40,223 bases of DNA from Chloroflexota bacterium (GTDB lineage: Bacteria > Chloroflexota > Limnocylindria > QHBO01): assembly GCA_031370085.1 (NCBI GenBank), contig JANMPX010000246.1, forward strand, positions 1 to 40,223. The letters run 5' to 3'. Under the pieces are notes generated by a model. That model was given only the letters and a program-made list of their open reading frames with translations. It was not told where the DNA came from and did not search any database. Below, piece by piece: positions 1 to 9,151 of the stretch. The position numbers and the translations under genes are program-made. Position 1 is the first letter of the stretch; each line of letters opens with the position of its first letter.

Positions 1-195
1 TGACGATGAAGGCGGTCTGGGTGGGCACGAATTCCCTCGGAAGGTCGGTATTGAAGACCGATTCGCAGAGCCCGGGCGGGCTCCGCCCCTAGTCTAGGGT
101 CCCGCCCGCCCCTGGCGCAAAGGTACTAGACCGCTCCGTACCTGCTTTGCGTGGCGTCGACGCACCACGCGCTCGAGGGCCGTTTGGCGGCTCTT

Positions 196-204
196 TGCTA
201 GAAT
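196..204 (+). promoter_or_regulatory. Candidate extended -10 promoter element (TGCTAGAAT) upstream of the LCP gene
   Basis: TGn + TAGAAT lies about 37 nt upstream of the ATG at 241. A GAAGG Shine-Dalgarno-like element sits 5 nt before that ATG. No convincing -35 was seen. Confidence 0.3.
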
Positions 205-240
205 GCGGCCCCGCCTCCCTCGATCTCCCTGAAGGTGCCA

Positions 241-1650
241 ATGAAGGATCGCCCGCGCCGGCCTCACGCAGCCATCGCGGCATTCCTGTCGTTCGTGTTC
301 CCCGGCCTGGGGCAGGCCTACGCTGGCGAAAGGAGATTGGCGGCCGTCTTTGCGGCCCCTGTTCTCCTTCTGGTGATGGGCGCCGGCGCCCTCGCTCTGC
401 TCATAGGCCAGGTGCGCAACGATGTGCTGTCCCCCACCTTCCTCACCGGGGTCGCCGTCCTCAACCTGACGCTGATGGGCTGGCGGCTGGCCTCCATCAT
501 CCTGGCCGGTCGGCTGGCCCTGAATCGCCGGAAGCGGCCGACTTCCCTGGTCCTGGTTCTGCTGTTGGTAGCGGTCACCGTGGGGATCCACGCGTGGGCG
601 GCGATCGCGATCGGCCAGGTCAGCTCGGGCCTCGACGACGTCTTCACCGGGCAGAGCTCCGGGCCTGGCGGGGGAGGTGGCCCCCTGAACCGGCCCGATT
701 ATCGCTGGGATGGCACGCAACGAATCACCTTCCTGCTCCTCGGTATCGATGCTGGGGCGGGTCGGGCGGAAGCGCTGACCGACACCATCCTGGTGGTCAG
801 CATCGATCCGGTGGCTCGGACGGCCGAAATGATCTCGATCCCACGTGACACCGGATACCTGCCGCTCCCCGATCGGAGCGTGTACGGCGACGGAGTCTAC
901 CCCTGGAAGATCAACCAGCTGACCACCGAGGTCGATCGGAATCCAGGGCAGTGGTGCCCCGACCTCATCGGCGCATCCGCGACCGCGTGCGGACTGCGAA
1001 CGCTCGAGCGCGTGGTGGGCCTGTACGTCGGGGTCCCTATCCAGTACTACGCCACTGTTGACCTGCAGGGGTTCGCCGACCTGATCGACGCGCTGGGGGG
1101 TGTCACCCTCTGCCTGGACGGCAAGCTGGTCGATCCCGAGTACGGCGGGCCCACCTGGCAGGGAGTGGGGATCGAGCTGGCAGCCAGCTGCCACGCCTAC
1201 GACGGACCGCATGCGCTCGCCTACGCCCGGATCCGGAAAGGCTGGCTGGAGCTGCCCGATGGCACTCGCCAGCCACAGAACGACTTCAAACGGGCCGACC
1301 GCCAGCAGGTCCTGCTGCTGGAGCTGCGCAAGAAGCTCGCCAAGGCCGATCTCGTCTTTGCGCTGCCCTCGATCCTCCAGGCTGTCGGTCGAACCGTGGA
1401 CACCGACTTCCCCCGATCGCTTGCCGGAGACATGGCCAGTCTGCTGCCCCTAATCACCGGGCCGGAGATCCAGCGCGTGGTGCTGGGGTATCCGGTTTTC
1501 GTCGATCCCCCGATCGACCCGTCCAGGAACTACCTGCTGATTCCACGCAGGGAGGAGATACGAGCGGAGATGCAACGCCTCTTCGGGCCACTCCTTGACG
1601 GCTGGTACCTGGGCAGCGACGCGGTCCGCCCGCCAACGGCCGGGTCGTGA
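241..1650 (+). CDS. LytR-CpsA-Psr (LCP) family wall-glycopolymer ligase with a multi-TM N-terminus
   Basis: LCP signature LLLGIDAG..ALTDTILVVSIDP...ISIPRDT. Hydrophobic N-terminal helices. The ORF-track start is the GTG at 235; I prefer the ATG at 241 because it is preceded by GAAGG. Confidence 0.85.
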   Translation: MKDRPRRPHAAIAAFLSFVFPGLGQAYAGERRLAAVFAAPVLLLVMGAGALALLIGQVRNDVLSPTFLTGVAVLNLTLMGWRLASIILAGRLALNRRKRPTSLVLVLLLVAVTVGIHAWAAIAIGQVSSGLDDVFTGQSSGPGGGGGPLNRPDYRWDGTQRITFLLLGIDAGAGRAEALTDTILVVSIDPVARTAEMISIPRDTGYLPLPDRSVYGDGVYPWKINQLTTEVDRNPGQWCPDLIGASATACGLRTLERVVGLYVGVPIQYYATVDLQGFADLIDALGGVTLCLDGKLVDPEYGGPTWQGVGIELAASCHAYDGPHALAYARIRKGWLELPDGTRQPQNDFKRADRQQVLLLELRKKLAKADLVFALPSILQAVGRTVDTDFPRSLAGDMASLLPLITGPEIQRVVLGYPVFVDPPIDPSRNYLLIPRREEIRAEMQRLFGPLLDGWYLGSDAVRPPTAGS

Positions 1651-2723
1651 GCCCCAGGTCGGAACCGGCATCACCGCGGGTGCTGCTGCTGTCCATGTAC
1701 CCGCTCGACCGGGGGCTGTGGGGAGCCACGACCAGGATCACCCAGCTTCGGGCTGCGCTGGCGCGCCGCGTCACTCTGGACGTCGTGGACGGGCGGCGGA
1801 GCGAGCGGGCGGGGAGGCTGATCGGCTATGCCAGGCGAGGCAGGCTGCGGGATCTGCAAGGAATCTATGTTGAGAACGCCACAACGCTTCCCGGACCGAT
1901 CGACCTGGCCTTTCTGGCGCTGGCTCGCAGTCGAGGGATCCCGATCCTCACATATCTGCGAGACGCCCAACAGCTGTTCCCGGAGTACTACCGCGGCGAT
2001 TCGGTAAAGCGGAGGCTCTCGCGGGCGCTCTTCCTGCCTGCCACCAGGGCACTGATGGCGCTCTCGAACGTGGTGGCGTTCCCTTCGCGCGGCCTCGCCC
2101 GGGCGATCCTGGGCGACGACGCCCGAGCGTCGGCCGCCGAGCTGCTGCCCCCAGGCTCACGGGTGGCTGACGCCTCCCCGGTCGATCCTGCCGCACGGGC
2201 GATTCTCTTCGTGGGGGGACTCGTCTACCCCGTGCACGGGGGGGACCTCCTGCTCGACGCCGTGCAGCGGGCGCGTGATGCCGGACATGAGGTGCAGCTG
2301 CTCTGCGTCTCGAGGCCCGGAGAGGAGCCGCCCGGACCCCTGCCGTCGTGGCTGGAGCTGGTGCGCGCCGAAGGGCCGGAGATCGACCGCCTTCTGCCGC
2401 GCGTGCTGGCCACGATCACGCCGCGCCGCGCGTCGCCCTACAACCACCTGGCCGTGCCCATCAAGGTGCTCGAGTACCTCGGCTACGGGCGTCCGCTGAT
2501 CGTAACCGATGTGGAGGAGACCGCTGCCATCGTGCGGGCGGCCGGATGCGGCGTCGTGGTGCCGGACACCGCTGCCGGCCTTGCCGCGGGAATCGCAGAG
2601 GTCGTTTCGGCATCCGCCGACCAGGTCCGCGCCTGGGGCGATGCCGCCCTGCGGGCTGCCGCGCAGAATTCGTGGGACGTTCGTGCGCACCGCATCCTCG
2701 AGCTGCTGGGCATCGCGCCATGA
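1647..2723 (+). CDS. Glycosyltransferase, GT4/GT1-type (GT-B fold)
   Basis: C-terminal E-x7-E-like motif PIKVLEYLGYGRPLIVTDVEE. The GTG start overlaps the LCP stop (GTGA), so the two are translationally coupled. Confidence 0.75.
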   Translation: MSPRSEPASPRVLLLSMYPLDRGLWGATTRITQLRAALARRVTLDVVDGRRSERAGRLIGYARRGRLRDLQGIYVENATTLPGPIDLAFLALARSRGIPILTYLRDAQQLFPEYYRGDSVKRRLSRALFLPATRALMALSNVVAFPSRGLARAILGDDARASAAELLPPGSRVADASPVDPAARAILFVGGLVYPVHGGDLLLDAVQRARDAGHEVQLLCVSRPGEEPPGPLPSWLELVRAEGPEIDRLLPRVLATITPRRASPYNHLAVPIKVLEYLGYGRPLIVTDVEETAAIVRAAGCGVVVPDTAAGLAAGIAEVVSASADQVRAWGDAALRAAAQNSWDVRAHRILELLGIAP

Positions 2724-4204
2724 CCCGCCTGCCAACCGTCCGACTGCGGGGCACCGGGGCCGAGATCGGCACTGCCATGACCGCAGTTCTGCTGACCGCC
2801 GCGGCCGTGCTGGGGTCGCACGTGTCGCTGGCCTGGTTCGTTGCGCCCGCCGTTCTTCTCGTGATGGTGCTGGCAGCGGCAAGCCTGGCGTGGCCCCGAC
2901 AGATGCTGGTGCTGGTCGTGCTCTCGCCGATCGTCGATCGCTACCTCGTGCCCGGACTGCTCAGCCCGGAGGCCGAGAACCTGGCGCATCTGCTGTCGGA
3001 GGCACTCCTGCTGGCGATCGGTGTTGCCTTGGTCGCCCAGGCTGCCAGGCGTGGGACCCTGCGGGAAGGGTTGTCTCACCCGATGATGCCGTTCGTGGGG
3101 GGATTCATCCTGGTCTCGCTCGCCTCGGCGCTGCTCAACGGCGTGCCCGCCGTGCAGGCGATCGCCGGCATCGGCTTCACCCTCGATGCAGTCGCGCTGT
3201 TCGTGCTGGCCCGGATTGTCGGATTCGGGCCACGACACGCACTGATGGCGATCGGCGCATTTGTCGGGCTGGTGGTGGTTGGCGCCGTGGTCGCGCTTGG
3301 TCAGGCCCTCCTGTCACCACATTTCCTTGGGCTCTCCGCCCTGGCCGGTCGATTCGGGGAGCCGTACCGGCTTGCCTCCTTCTTCGGCGACCCGAACGTC
3401 TTCGCCGCCTTCCTGTCGGCTGCGATTCCGATCCTGCTGTTTGGCGCCAGCGAGCTGAAGACGCCGCGTGGGCGCCGCGCGGCCATGGCAGCTGCCGTCC
3501 TCCTGCTCCTCGCCCTCTGGCTCTCGTTTTCGCGGGGCGGCTGGCTGGGAGCGATCGGCGGCTTCGCGATCGCGTCGCTGCTTCTTGATCGGCGGGCACT
3601 GCGCATCGGCGTGGTGGTGGGCATATTCGCGTTCGCCGTCGCCCTCGTGATGCCGCGCGACCTGCTGTTCAAAGATCCCACAGCCCATCGGCCAGACCTG
3701 TTCAACGCCACCATCGGACGGGTGGGGGCGATCGGTGAGGGGGCTGACCTGCGGACCCTGCTGATCGCCAATGCAGTACCCATCCTCGCCGATCATCCGC
3801 TGGTCGGCGTGGGGCCGGGCAGATATGGCGGTGCGGCGGCAGATCTTTTCGGCACCCCGATCTATCGGCAGTACGGGACCGATCTGCTGCTGAAGGATCC
3901 GAGCCAGAAGACCGTGGACGACTTCTGGCTCCACCTGCTCGTAGAGTCTGGTGTCGTCGGCTTCCTGGCCTTTGCCGCAATGGTCGGCAGCGCGCTGCTG
4001 CCCATTGTGCGTGGAGCCCGTAGCGCCGCGTGGGGACGTCGCGTGGCACTGTCCGGCATCGTCGGCGCCGCCCTGTGCCTGATCGTCAACTCGTTCTCGA
4101 CCATGCTGCTCGAGGCGAACAGCGTGGCGTACCTGTTCTGGTTCCTTCTGGGCCTCGGCTCAATCCTCGCGACGCAGCCGGCGTCCGAGGCGGAGAGCGC
4201 CTAG
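2720..4204 (+). CDS. O-antigen ligase / Wzy_C-family polytopic membrane protein (glycopolymer polymerase or ligase)
   Basis: About 10 hydrophobic helices. Wzy_C-like core LWLSFSRGGWLGAIGGFAIA and a large loop. The ATG at 2720 overlaps the previous stop (ATGA). The track ORF from 2348 is an Arg/Gly-rich out-of-gene extension. Confidence 0.75.
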   Translation: MTRLPTVRLRGTGAEIGTAMTAVLLTAAAVLGSHVSLAWFVAPAVLLVMVLAAASLAWPRQMLVLVVLSPIVDRYLVPGLLSPEAENLAHLLSEALLLAIGVALVAQAARRGTLREGLSHPMMPFVGGFILVSLASALLNGVPAVQAIAGIGFTLDAVALFVLARIVGFGPRHALMAIGAFVGLVVVGAVVALGQALLSPHFLGLSALAGRFGEPYRLASFFGDPNVFAAFLSAAIPILLFGASELKTPRGRRAAMAAAVLLLLALWLSFSRGGWLGAIGGFAIASLLLDRRALRIGVVVGIFAFAVALVMPRDLLFKDPTAHRPDLFNATIGRVGAIGEGADLRTLLIANAVPILADHPLVGVGPGRYGGAAADLFGTPIYRQYGTDLLLKDPSQKTVDDFWLHLLVESGVVGFLAFAAMVGSALLPIVRGARSAAWGRRVALSGIVGAALCLIVNSFSTMLLEANSVAYLFWFLLGLGSILATQPASEAESA

Positions 4205-4920
4205 AACTGGCGGCCCCGCACGATCTGCCACAGGGTGCGCCCGATGAGCCGCAGGTCGAACCAGAACGACCGGCGGTCGATGTAGGCCAGGTCGAGGGCG
4301 ACCCCTTCGTCGAAGCTCAGCCTCCCCCAGCCGGTCGCCTGCCACAGGCCGGTCAGGCCGGGGATGACGGACAGGCGCCGGGCATGCCACGGCTCGTAGA
4401 CCTCGACTTCGTAGGGTATCGGTGGCCGGGGACCGACCAGGCTCATCTCGCCGCGAAGGATGTTGATCAGCTGGGGAAGCTCGTCGATGTGCGAGCGGCG
4501 CAGGAAGGCGCCCACCCCGGTGACACGCGGATCCGACCGGATGGGGACCCATACCCCCTCGCCCTCCCCTTGGCCGCTGTCGCCTTCACCCCGGATCAGG
4601 TCGCGCACGTGGTCACGGTGCCGGCCCTCGTCGGCCGTCAGGAACATGCTGCGAAACTTGTAGCAGGTGAATGGGCGGCCACCCAGACCGAGCCGCTCCT
4701 GTCGAAACAGAACCGGGCCCGGTGATTCGGCACGGACCGCCGCCGCCGCACCGAGCAGCACGGGCGACGTGATCAGCAGGCCAAGAGCCGAGGCGGCGAT
4801 GTCCAGCGCGCGCTTCGCGACGCGGTAGCCGATCGGAGTTGGGGCCTCGGCGACGATCAGACGGGCATGCCCGGCCGTTGGGCTCCCCTCGGCATCGGTC
4901 GCCAGCCTGCGTGACTCCAC
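4201..4920 (-). CDS. Polyprenyl-phosphate sugar-1-phosphate transferase (bacterial sugar transferase family, WbaP/WcaJ C-terminal type)
   Basis: Motifs: [40 protein letters not shown]. The track start at 5010 runs through the tRNA. The GTG at 4920 is preceded by AGGAGA (4 nt spacer) and lies just below the tRNA 3' end. Confidence 0.8.
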   Translation of the reverse strand: MESRRLATDAEGSPTAGHARLIVAEAPTPIGYRVAKRALDIAASALGLLITSPVLLGAAAAVRAESPGPVLFRQERLGLGGRPFTCYKFRSMFLTADEGRHRDHVRDLIRGEGDSGQGEGEGVWVPIRSDPRVTGVGAFLRRSHIDELPQLINILRGEMSLVGPRPPIPYEVEVYEPWHARRLSVIPGLTGLWQATGWGRLSFDEGVALDLAYIDRRSFWFDLRLIGRTLWQIVRGRQF

Positions 4921-4939
4921 CGCTCTCCTGTCCGGGCTG

Positions 4940-5016
4940 TGGTCGGGGCGGCCCGATTCGAACGGGCGACCTCCTGCTCCCAAAGCAGGCGCGCTGCCGG
5001 ACTGCGCCACGCCCCG
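4940..5016 (-). tRNA. tRNA-Pro (anticodon UGG), CCA encoded
   Basis: The reverse complement folds as a canonical 77-nt cloverleaf: acceptor CGGGGCG/CGCCCCG, D-arm GCGC-AGTCCGGCA-GCGC, anticodon arm CCTGC-TTTGGGA-GCAGG, variable AGGTC, T-arm GCCCG-TTCGAAT-CGGGC, discriminator A, CCA. Confidence 0.9.
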
Positions 5017-5028
5017 ATGCCGCGCATC

Positions 5029-6201
5029 CTACCGCGCCAGCAGCTGCTCGACGATCTCCAGGTATCGCCGCGCCTGGACCGGCCAGCTGTAGGCCTCCGA
5101 CTGGCGCAGGACTTCTGTGCCGAGCCTGGACGCCCGGGTCGGATCCGCGGCGAGCTCGCGGATCGCCGCCGCCAGCAGGTCCGGCCGGCCGGCAGGCACG
5201 AAGCAAATGGCGTCAGACGTGAAGTGGGCACGGAACGTTGCCAGGTCACTGGCAATGATCGGAATGCCCATCGCGGCGTACTCGAGCAGCTTGGTCGACA
5301 GCGAGTACTGCAGGTACGGCTCTGGCAGGGTGGGCACCACACCGATGTCGGCGCCGGCAATCAGGCTGGCAAGGTCGTCAATCCTCACCGATCCGTTGAA
5401 CCGGACTCGATCGTCGACCCCATGGCGCTCGACCAGGCGTGCGAGGTCGTCGCGATACGGACCGTCGCCGTAGATATCCAGCCGCACGCGCAGCGCATCG
5501 CCGATCAGGGAGACCGCTTCCACCAGGACCCCGGCACCGTAGAAGCGCTGCAGGTTGGAGTGGTGGATCAGGCGCAGCTCACCATCCTCCATGAAGGGAC
5601 GGCGAGGATGGCGATGCGGGTCGAAGAGATCGGGATCGGCGCTGTTCATGACGACCGTGATCTTGTCCGGCGCAACGCCCCGGGCGATCGACAGCTGACG
5701 CAGCGGTTCGTGCACCGTGATCAGCCGATCGGCGATGGCCGCGGAGGCGCGGGCCGTCCCGGATATGAAAGGCAGCAGCGGACGCAGCGCTCGGTGGCTG
5801 AAGCGATCCCGGAAGAACTCGGGCATGTCCTCGTGCAGGTCGAGCAACAGCGGAACGTGCGCAAGCTTGAGCGGTGCAGCCGCAAAGATGAGGAAGTCGG
5901 GCAGGGTGGCCACCTGCACCAATCCATAGCGTCGACGCTGATGCTGTCGGGTCAGGCTGGCGGCCGCCAGGCCGGAGAAGGCGAGGTATTCGGCGAGGTG
6001 GCCGGCGAATCCCGTGAAGGCACGGTTGACCGGCAACCGAACCACGCGCACCGATCCAACCTGTTCCTCCCGCGCCTCACGGCGGCCGCGCAGGCAGAAG
6101 AGGTCCACCTCGTGGCCGGCCGTTGTCAGTGCATCGGTCTGACGTCGGATGCGTGGGTCGCCGGGGTAGACCGCGTGCGCCACGATGGCAATGCGCGTCA
6201 C
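5029..6201 (-). CDS. Glycosyltransferase, GT4 family
   Basis: N-terminal RIAIVAHAVYPGDPR. C-terminal STKLLEYAAMGIPIIASD (E-x7-E region). The GTG at 6201 overlaps the mazG stop (GTGA). The track start at 6219 is also possible. Confidence 0.8.
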   Translation of the reverse strand: MTRIAIVAHAVYPGDPRIRRQTDALTTAGHEVDLFCLRGRREAREEQVGSVRVVRLPVNRAFTGFAGHLAEYLAFSGLAAASLTRQHQRRRYGLVQVATLPDFLIFAAAPLKLAHVPLLLDLHEDMPEFFRDRFSHRALRPLLPFISGTARASAAIADRLITVHEPLRQLSIARGVAPDKITVVMNSADPDLFDPHRHPRRPFMEDGELRLIHHSNLQRFYGAGVLVEAVSLIGDALRVRLDIYGDGPYRDDLARLVERHGVDDRVRFNGSVRIDDLASLIAGADIGVVPTLPEPYLQYSLSTKLLEYAAMGIPIIASDLATFRAHFTSDAICFVPAGRPDLLAAAIRELAADPTRASRLGTEVLRQSEAYSWPVQARRYLEIVEQLLAR

Positions 6202-7331
6202 CCCTTCACCTCGTTCCACAGCAGATCTTTCTCCTCGGGCGACAACTCGGTCAGGATCCGACCGCGGGCGCTGGCGAGGGCCTCGACGCGCTCGTAACGC
6301 TCGATCCAGCGCCGGTTCGCCGTGCGCAGCGCTTCCTCGGGATCGAGACGCAGCCAGCGCGACAGGTTGACCATGGCGAAGAGCACGTCTCCAAACTCGT
6401 GAAGCCGCGCGTCCCGGCCCTCGTCGCCCGCCCCGCTCGCCACGGCGTGCAATTCTTCCAGCTCTTCGTTGACCTTCTCCCAGACCCCCTCGATCGAGGG
6501 CCAGTCCCAGCCGAGCGAGCTGGCCCGTTCCTGGATCTCGCGGCTGGCCGGCAGAGCCGGCAGGGCCCGCGCCACACCGGCGAAGGGTGAAGGTGGGTGG
6601 CCGGCATCGGTCCGCTCGGCCGCCTTGATCGCCTCCCAGTTGCGCAGCACCTCTTCGGCGCCGCTGACCTCCACGTCCGCGAAGACGTGCGGATGGCGTC
6701 GCACGATCTTGGCGCCGAGAGTCCGGTACACATCGGTCAGGTCGAAGGCGCCCTCCTCGGCCGCAAGCTGGGCATGCAGGATGATCTGCAGGAAGAGGTC
6801 GCCGAGCTCCTCTGCCAGGTCCCCTGCATCGCCTCGCTCGATGGCGTCAACCGCCTCGTATGCCTCCTCCAGCACGAACGGGCGGAGCGTGGCGTGCGTC
6901 TGCTTGCGATCCCAGGGACAGCCATCGGGCGCGCGCAGCCGGGCCGAGATGGCGGCCATGCCGTGCGGCGAGGCGAAGTTGTCGAGCGGGGCGAGGGCCG
7001 GTACCAGCCAGGAGCGGGAGGCAAGCTCCGCGTCGGTCAGCCGGTCGAGCGCACGCTCTTCCCCGCCGGACAGGCCCCGGAGCAGGTGGGCCGGCGGATA
7101 CAACGCGACCAGCACGGCAAGCGGGCTCTTGCGGGCATGCCGCCCCGGCAGCACCCCTTCCGGCGCCGCCGTGTCCGGCGAGGCAAGCAGCAGAAGCGGA
7201 ATGGATGGGTCGAACGCCACTGCCGCCATGCGGTCGAGCGCGACGATCTGCACCCCCGCGGCGGGGTCAAGACCCGCGGCGGCGAAGAGCTCGTCGACGC
7301 CCCGCGACGCCGGCACGCTCCCCTCCCTCAC
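6198..7331 (-). CDS. mazG: MazG-family nucleoside triphosphate pyrophosphohydrolase (tandem MazG repeats) with a short YabN-like N-terminal extension
   Basis: Motifs: [38 protein letters not shown] and, in the second repeat, [24 protein letters not shown]. The GTG start overlaps the PPIase stop (GTGA). Confidence 0.85.
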   Translation of the reverse strand: MREGSVPASRGVDELFAAAGLDPAAGVQIVALDRMAAVAFDPSIPLLLLASPDTAAPEGVLPGRHARKSPLAVLVALYPPAHLLRGLSGGEERALDRLTDAELASRSWLVPALAPLDNFASPHGMAAISARLRAPDGCPWDRKQTHATLRPFVLEEAYEAVDAIERGDAGDLAEELGDLFLQIILHAQLAAEEGAFDLTDVYRTLGAKIVRRHPHVFADVEVSGAEEVLRNWEAIKAAERTDAGHPPSPFAGVARALPALPASREIQERASSLGWDWPSIEGVWEKVNEELEELHAVASGAGDEGRDARLHEFGDVLFAMVNLSRWLRLDPEEALRTANRRWIERYERVEALASARGRILTELSPEEKDLLWNEVKG

Positions 7332-9052
7332 CCGGTGGCGGTCGACGGGGCGTAGGCGGGGTCGATCCAGATCTGCCGATCGGCGCGAAGGGCGTCGAGC
7401 CAGCGAGTGAACCCGGTCCCGCGCACCGAATCAAGCTGGGCCTGCGGCACAAAGCGCAGCTCCGCGCTATCGATCAGCTTGAAGATGTAGTACCCCGAAG
7501 CCGATTTCACCAGCTCGCCGATCTGGTTCGGCTTGGTCAGTGCGAACACGGCGGTATTGCGCGGCTCCTCGAGCTGGTACGGGATGAGCCACCCCAGGTC
7601 CCCGCCTTTTGCCACCGTGCTGGCGTCCTCGCTCTGCTGCTTTGCGAGCTCCGTGAACCTGGTCGGATCCTTCTTCAGCGTCGCGAGCAGGCTCGTCGCT
7701 TCCTCCTGGGCGCTGGTGCGCTGATCGGTCACCTGGATGATGTGGTACCCGAACTGGGTCTTCACCGGCTCGCTGAGCTCATTCAGGGTCAGGCCGGCGA
7801 TCGCCTTGGTGAACTCCGCCACGAAGGTCGTGCTGGTCGGATCGAACCAGCCCAGGTCACCGCCCTTCGACCCGCTTCCCGGATCGTCGCTTGTCTTTGC
7901 CAGGGTCGCCCAATCGGCGCTGGGCTTGAGCGCCGCGGTGCGGAAAGCATTGGCACGCGCGAGAGCTGCGGCCCACTGCTCGGGGGTCGCGGTCGATTGA
8001 TCCTGTGCGCCGGGGATCGGTTGGGCGAGGAAGTGTCGGACCCGCTGCTTCGGAACCGGTACCCCACTGTCCGCGGCGATGAAGATCTGCGCAACCTCAC
8101 GTTGCGGCTGGTAGCTGGTCAGCACCTTGGTCGCGAAATAGTCGCGGAACTTGGTCCGCAACAGCTCGGTGTGCAGGTACTCCCGGTACTGGGCGTCGGT
8201 CACCCCACTCGCGGCCAGCAGCTTGACGAGGAGCTCGTGCGGGCCTGCTGCGCGCCGGTCGTCGAGACGCAGGATGTGATAGCCGGTCGCGTCCCGGTTT
8301 GGGCCGATCAGCGCGCCGACAGCCGCGGTCTTGGCCTCTGCGAAGTAGTCCTTGTAGTCGGCATCCTTGGCCTGGATCCAGCCGAGCAGGCCGCCGCTGG
8401 CGGCCGAGGCATCCTTGCTCTTCGATGTCGCCGTCGTGGCGAAGTCGGCGCCTCCCTTGAGCTCGGCGTAGATCGCCGTGGCATCGGCCTTGGCTCGCGC
8501 CCAGTCCGCGTCGGATGGCTTGTCGGTCGCCGCCGCCGTGTCCGGGAGCGCGCGGACGGTGATGACGGACAGCTTCTGCCGCTCCTCGAGCGTCTGACGC
8601 CGAACCTTCTCGGCGTCGATCTCCGCGTCGCTCACCGAGATCCCGCGCGCCGGAGCCTCTGTCTCGAGGATCCGCCCGGTCACCAGGGAGTCGGTGGCGG
8701 TTCCCACCAGCGCCTGCAACTGGTTCTGGATGAAGCTCAGCTGCTGGTTGATCACCGCATCGCGCATCCCACCCAGCTCGCTCTGCAGGTCGAGCCCCGC
8801 GGCCTGCAGCTCGGAGCCGAGGATGTCCATCCGGTTGCGCTGCGCGTCGACATCGAACGACGCGGCGTCGACCATGGCGACCTGCTTCAGGTGGGCCTGG
8901 TAGTGCTCGCTCCAGGCGGTGGCCCCGAAGATCCCGATCGCCACCGCGATGGCGCCGGCGAAGGCGGCGACGATCAGGCGCTGGGTCCGCAGCTCGTCCT
9001 GCCAGCGCGGTCGGTGCTTGCGGTCGAGGACCGGTCGATTGCGAAAGGACAT
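7328..9052 (-). CDS. Membrane-anchored peptidyl-prolyl cis-trans isomerase, PpiC/parvulin type (PrsA/SurA-like) with two parvulin domains
   Basis: N-terminal TM helix [22 protein letters not shown]. Two parvulin signatures, [10 protein letters not shown] and [10 protein letters not shown], each followed by GYHI/GYYIFK. GGAGAA lies upstream of the ATG at 9052. Confidence 0.85.
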   Translation of the reverse strand: MSFRNRPVLDRKHRPRWQDELRTQRLIVAAFAGAIAVAIGIFGATAWSEHYQAHLKQVAMVDAASFDVDAQRNRMDILGSELQAAGLDLQSELGGMRDAVINQQLSFIQNQLQALVGTATDSLVTGRILETEAPARGISVSDAEIDAEKVRRQTLEERQKLSVITVRALPDTAAATDKPSDADWARAKADATAIYAELKGGADFATTATSKSKDASAASGGLLGWIQAKDADYKDYFAEAKTAAVGALIGPNRDATGYHILRLDDRRAAGPHELLVKLLAASGVTDAQYREYLHTELLRTKFRDYFATKVLTSYQPQREVAQIFIAADSGVPVPKQRVRHFLAQPIPGAQDQSTATPEQWAAALARANAFRTAALKPSADWATLAKTSDDPGSGSKGGDLGWFDPTSTTFVAEFTKAIAGLTLNELSEPVKTQFGYHIIQVTDQRTSAQEEATSLLATLKKDPTRFTELAKQQSEDASTVAKGGDLGWLIPYQLEEPRNTAVFALTKPNQIGELVKSASGYYIFKLIDSAELRFVPQAQLDSVRGTGFTRWLDALRADRQIWIDPAYAPSTATG

Positions 9053-9151
9053 CAGCGACGCGTTCTCCGCAGGGCGGGACAGGGTCGGTCAATCATTGGG
9101 CGAGGCGCCATGCTAGCCGATGGACGCCACGGCCGCCACCGTCGGCGCCGA

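Noticed and set aside
71-110. A GC hairpin (GGGCGG-GCT-CCGCCC at 74-88) and a CCCGGGCGGG motif resembling the palindrome at 20624-20639, as a possible repeat family or terminator
   Set aside because: There are only two loosely similar copies and no U-tract. It is unclear whether a gene ends just upstream: an open frame from the window edge runs through the hairpin to the TAG at 95-97. This is too weak to call a REP-like element or a terminator.
94-1212. A 372-aa minus-strand ORF, plus other long antisense ORFs (for example 4939-6297 +, 2483-3238 -, 8097-9092 -, 13685-14485 +, 18880-20268 +, 20550-21554 +, 25773-26954 +, 35880-37055 +)
   Set aside because: Each lies opposite a gene with clear family motifs. 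Each has R/G/P/A-dominated composition without motifs. I treat them as GC-driven shadow ORFs.
2348-2719. N-terminal extensions in the ORF track: Wzy_C protein from 2348, rdgB to 16036, purN to 34877, purM to 35854, wbpD-like to 15057, mreC to 23184
   Set aside because: The extensions overlap the preceding gene in another frame and are Arg-rich nonsense. Internal starts give canonical N-termini with ATGA/GTGA coupling or a Shine-Dalgarno.
1-4939. A genomic island integrated at the 3' end of tRNA-Pro
   Set aside because: There is no integrase, excisionase or transposase. I found no direct repeat of the tRNA 3' half: only an 8-nt CCGATTCG match near position 58-65, which is chance-level. The flanking genes are coherent envelope genes with the same compact style as the rest of the window. 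I could not compute GC skew or codon shifts.
4921-5010. The first 30 codons of the track ORF for the sugar transferase
   Set aside because: This stretch is the tRNA-Pro gene read in a protein frame. The real start is most likely the GTG at 4920, behind AGGAGA.
6198-7331. The MazG N-terminal ~115 aa as a novel domain
   Set aside because: It most likely corresponds to a truncated, degenerate remnant of the methylase-like N-terminal domain seen in YabN-type MazG fusions. I cannot verify this without a profile search, and it does not look unusual enough to flag.
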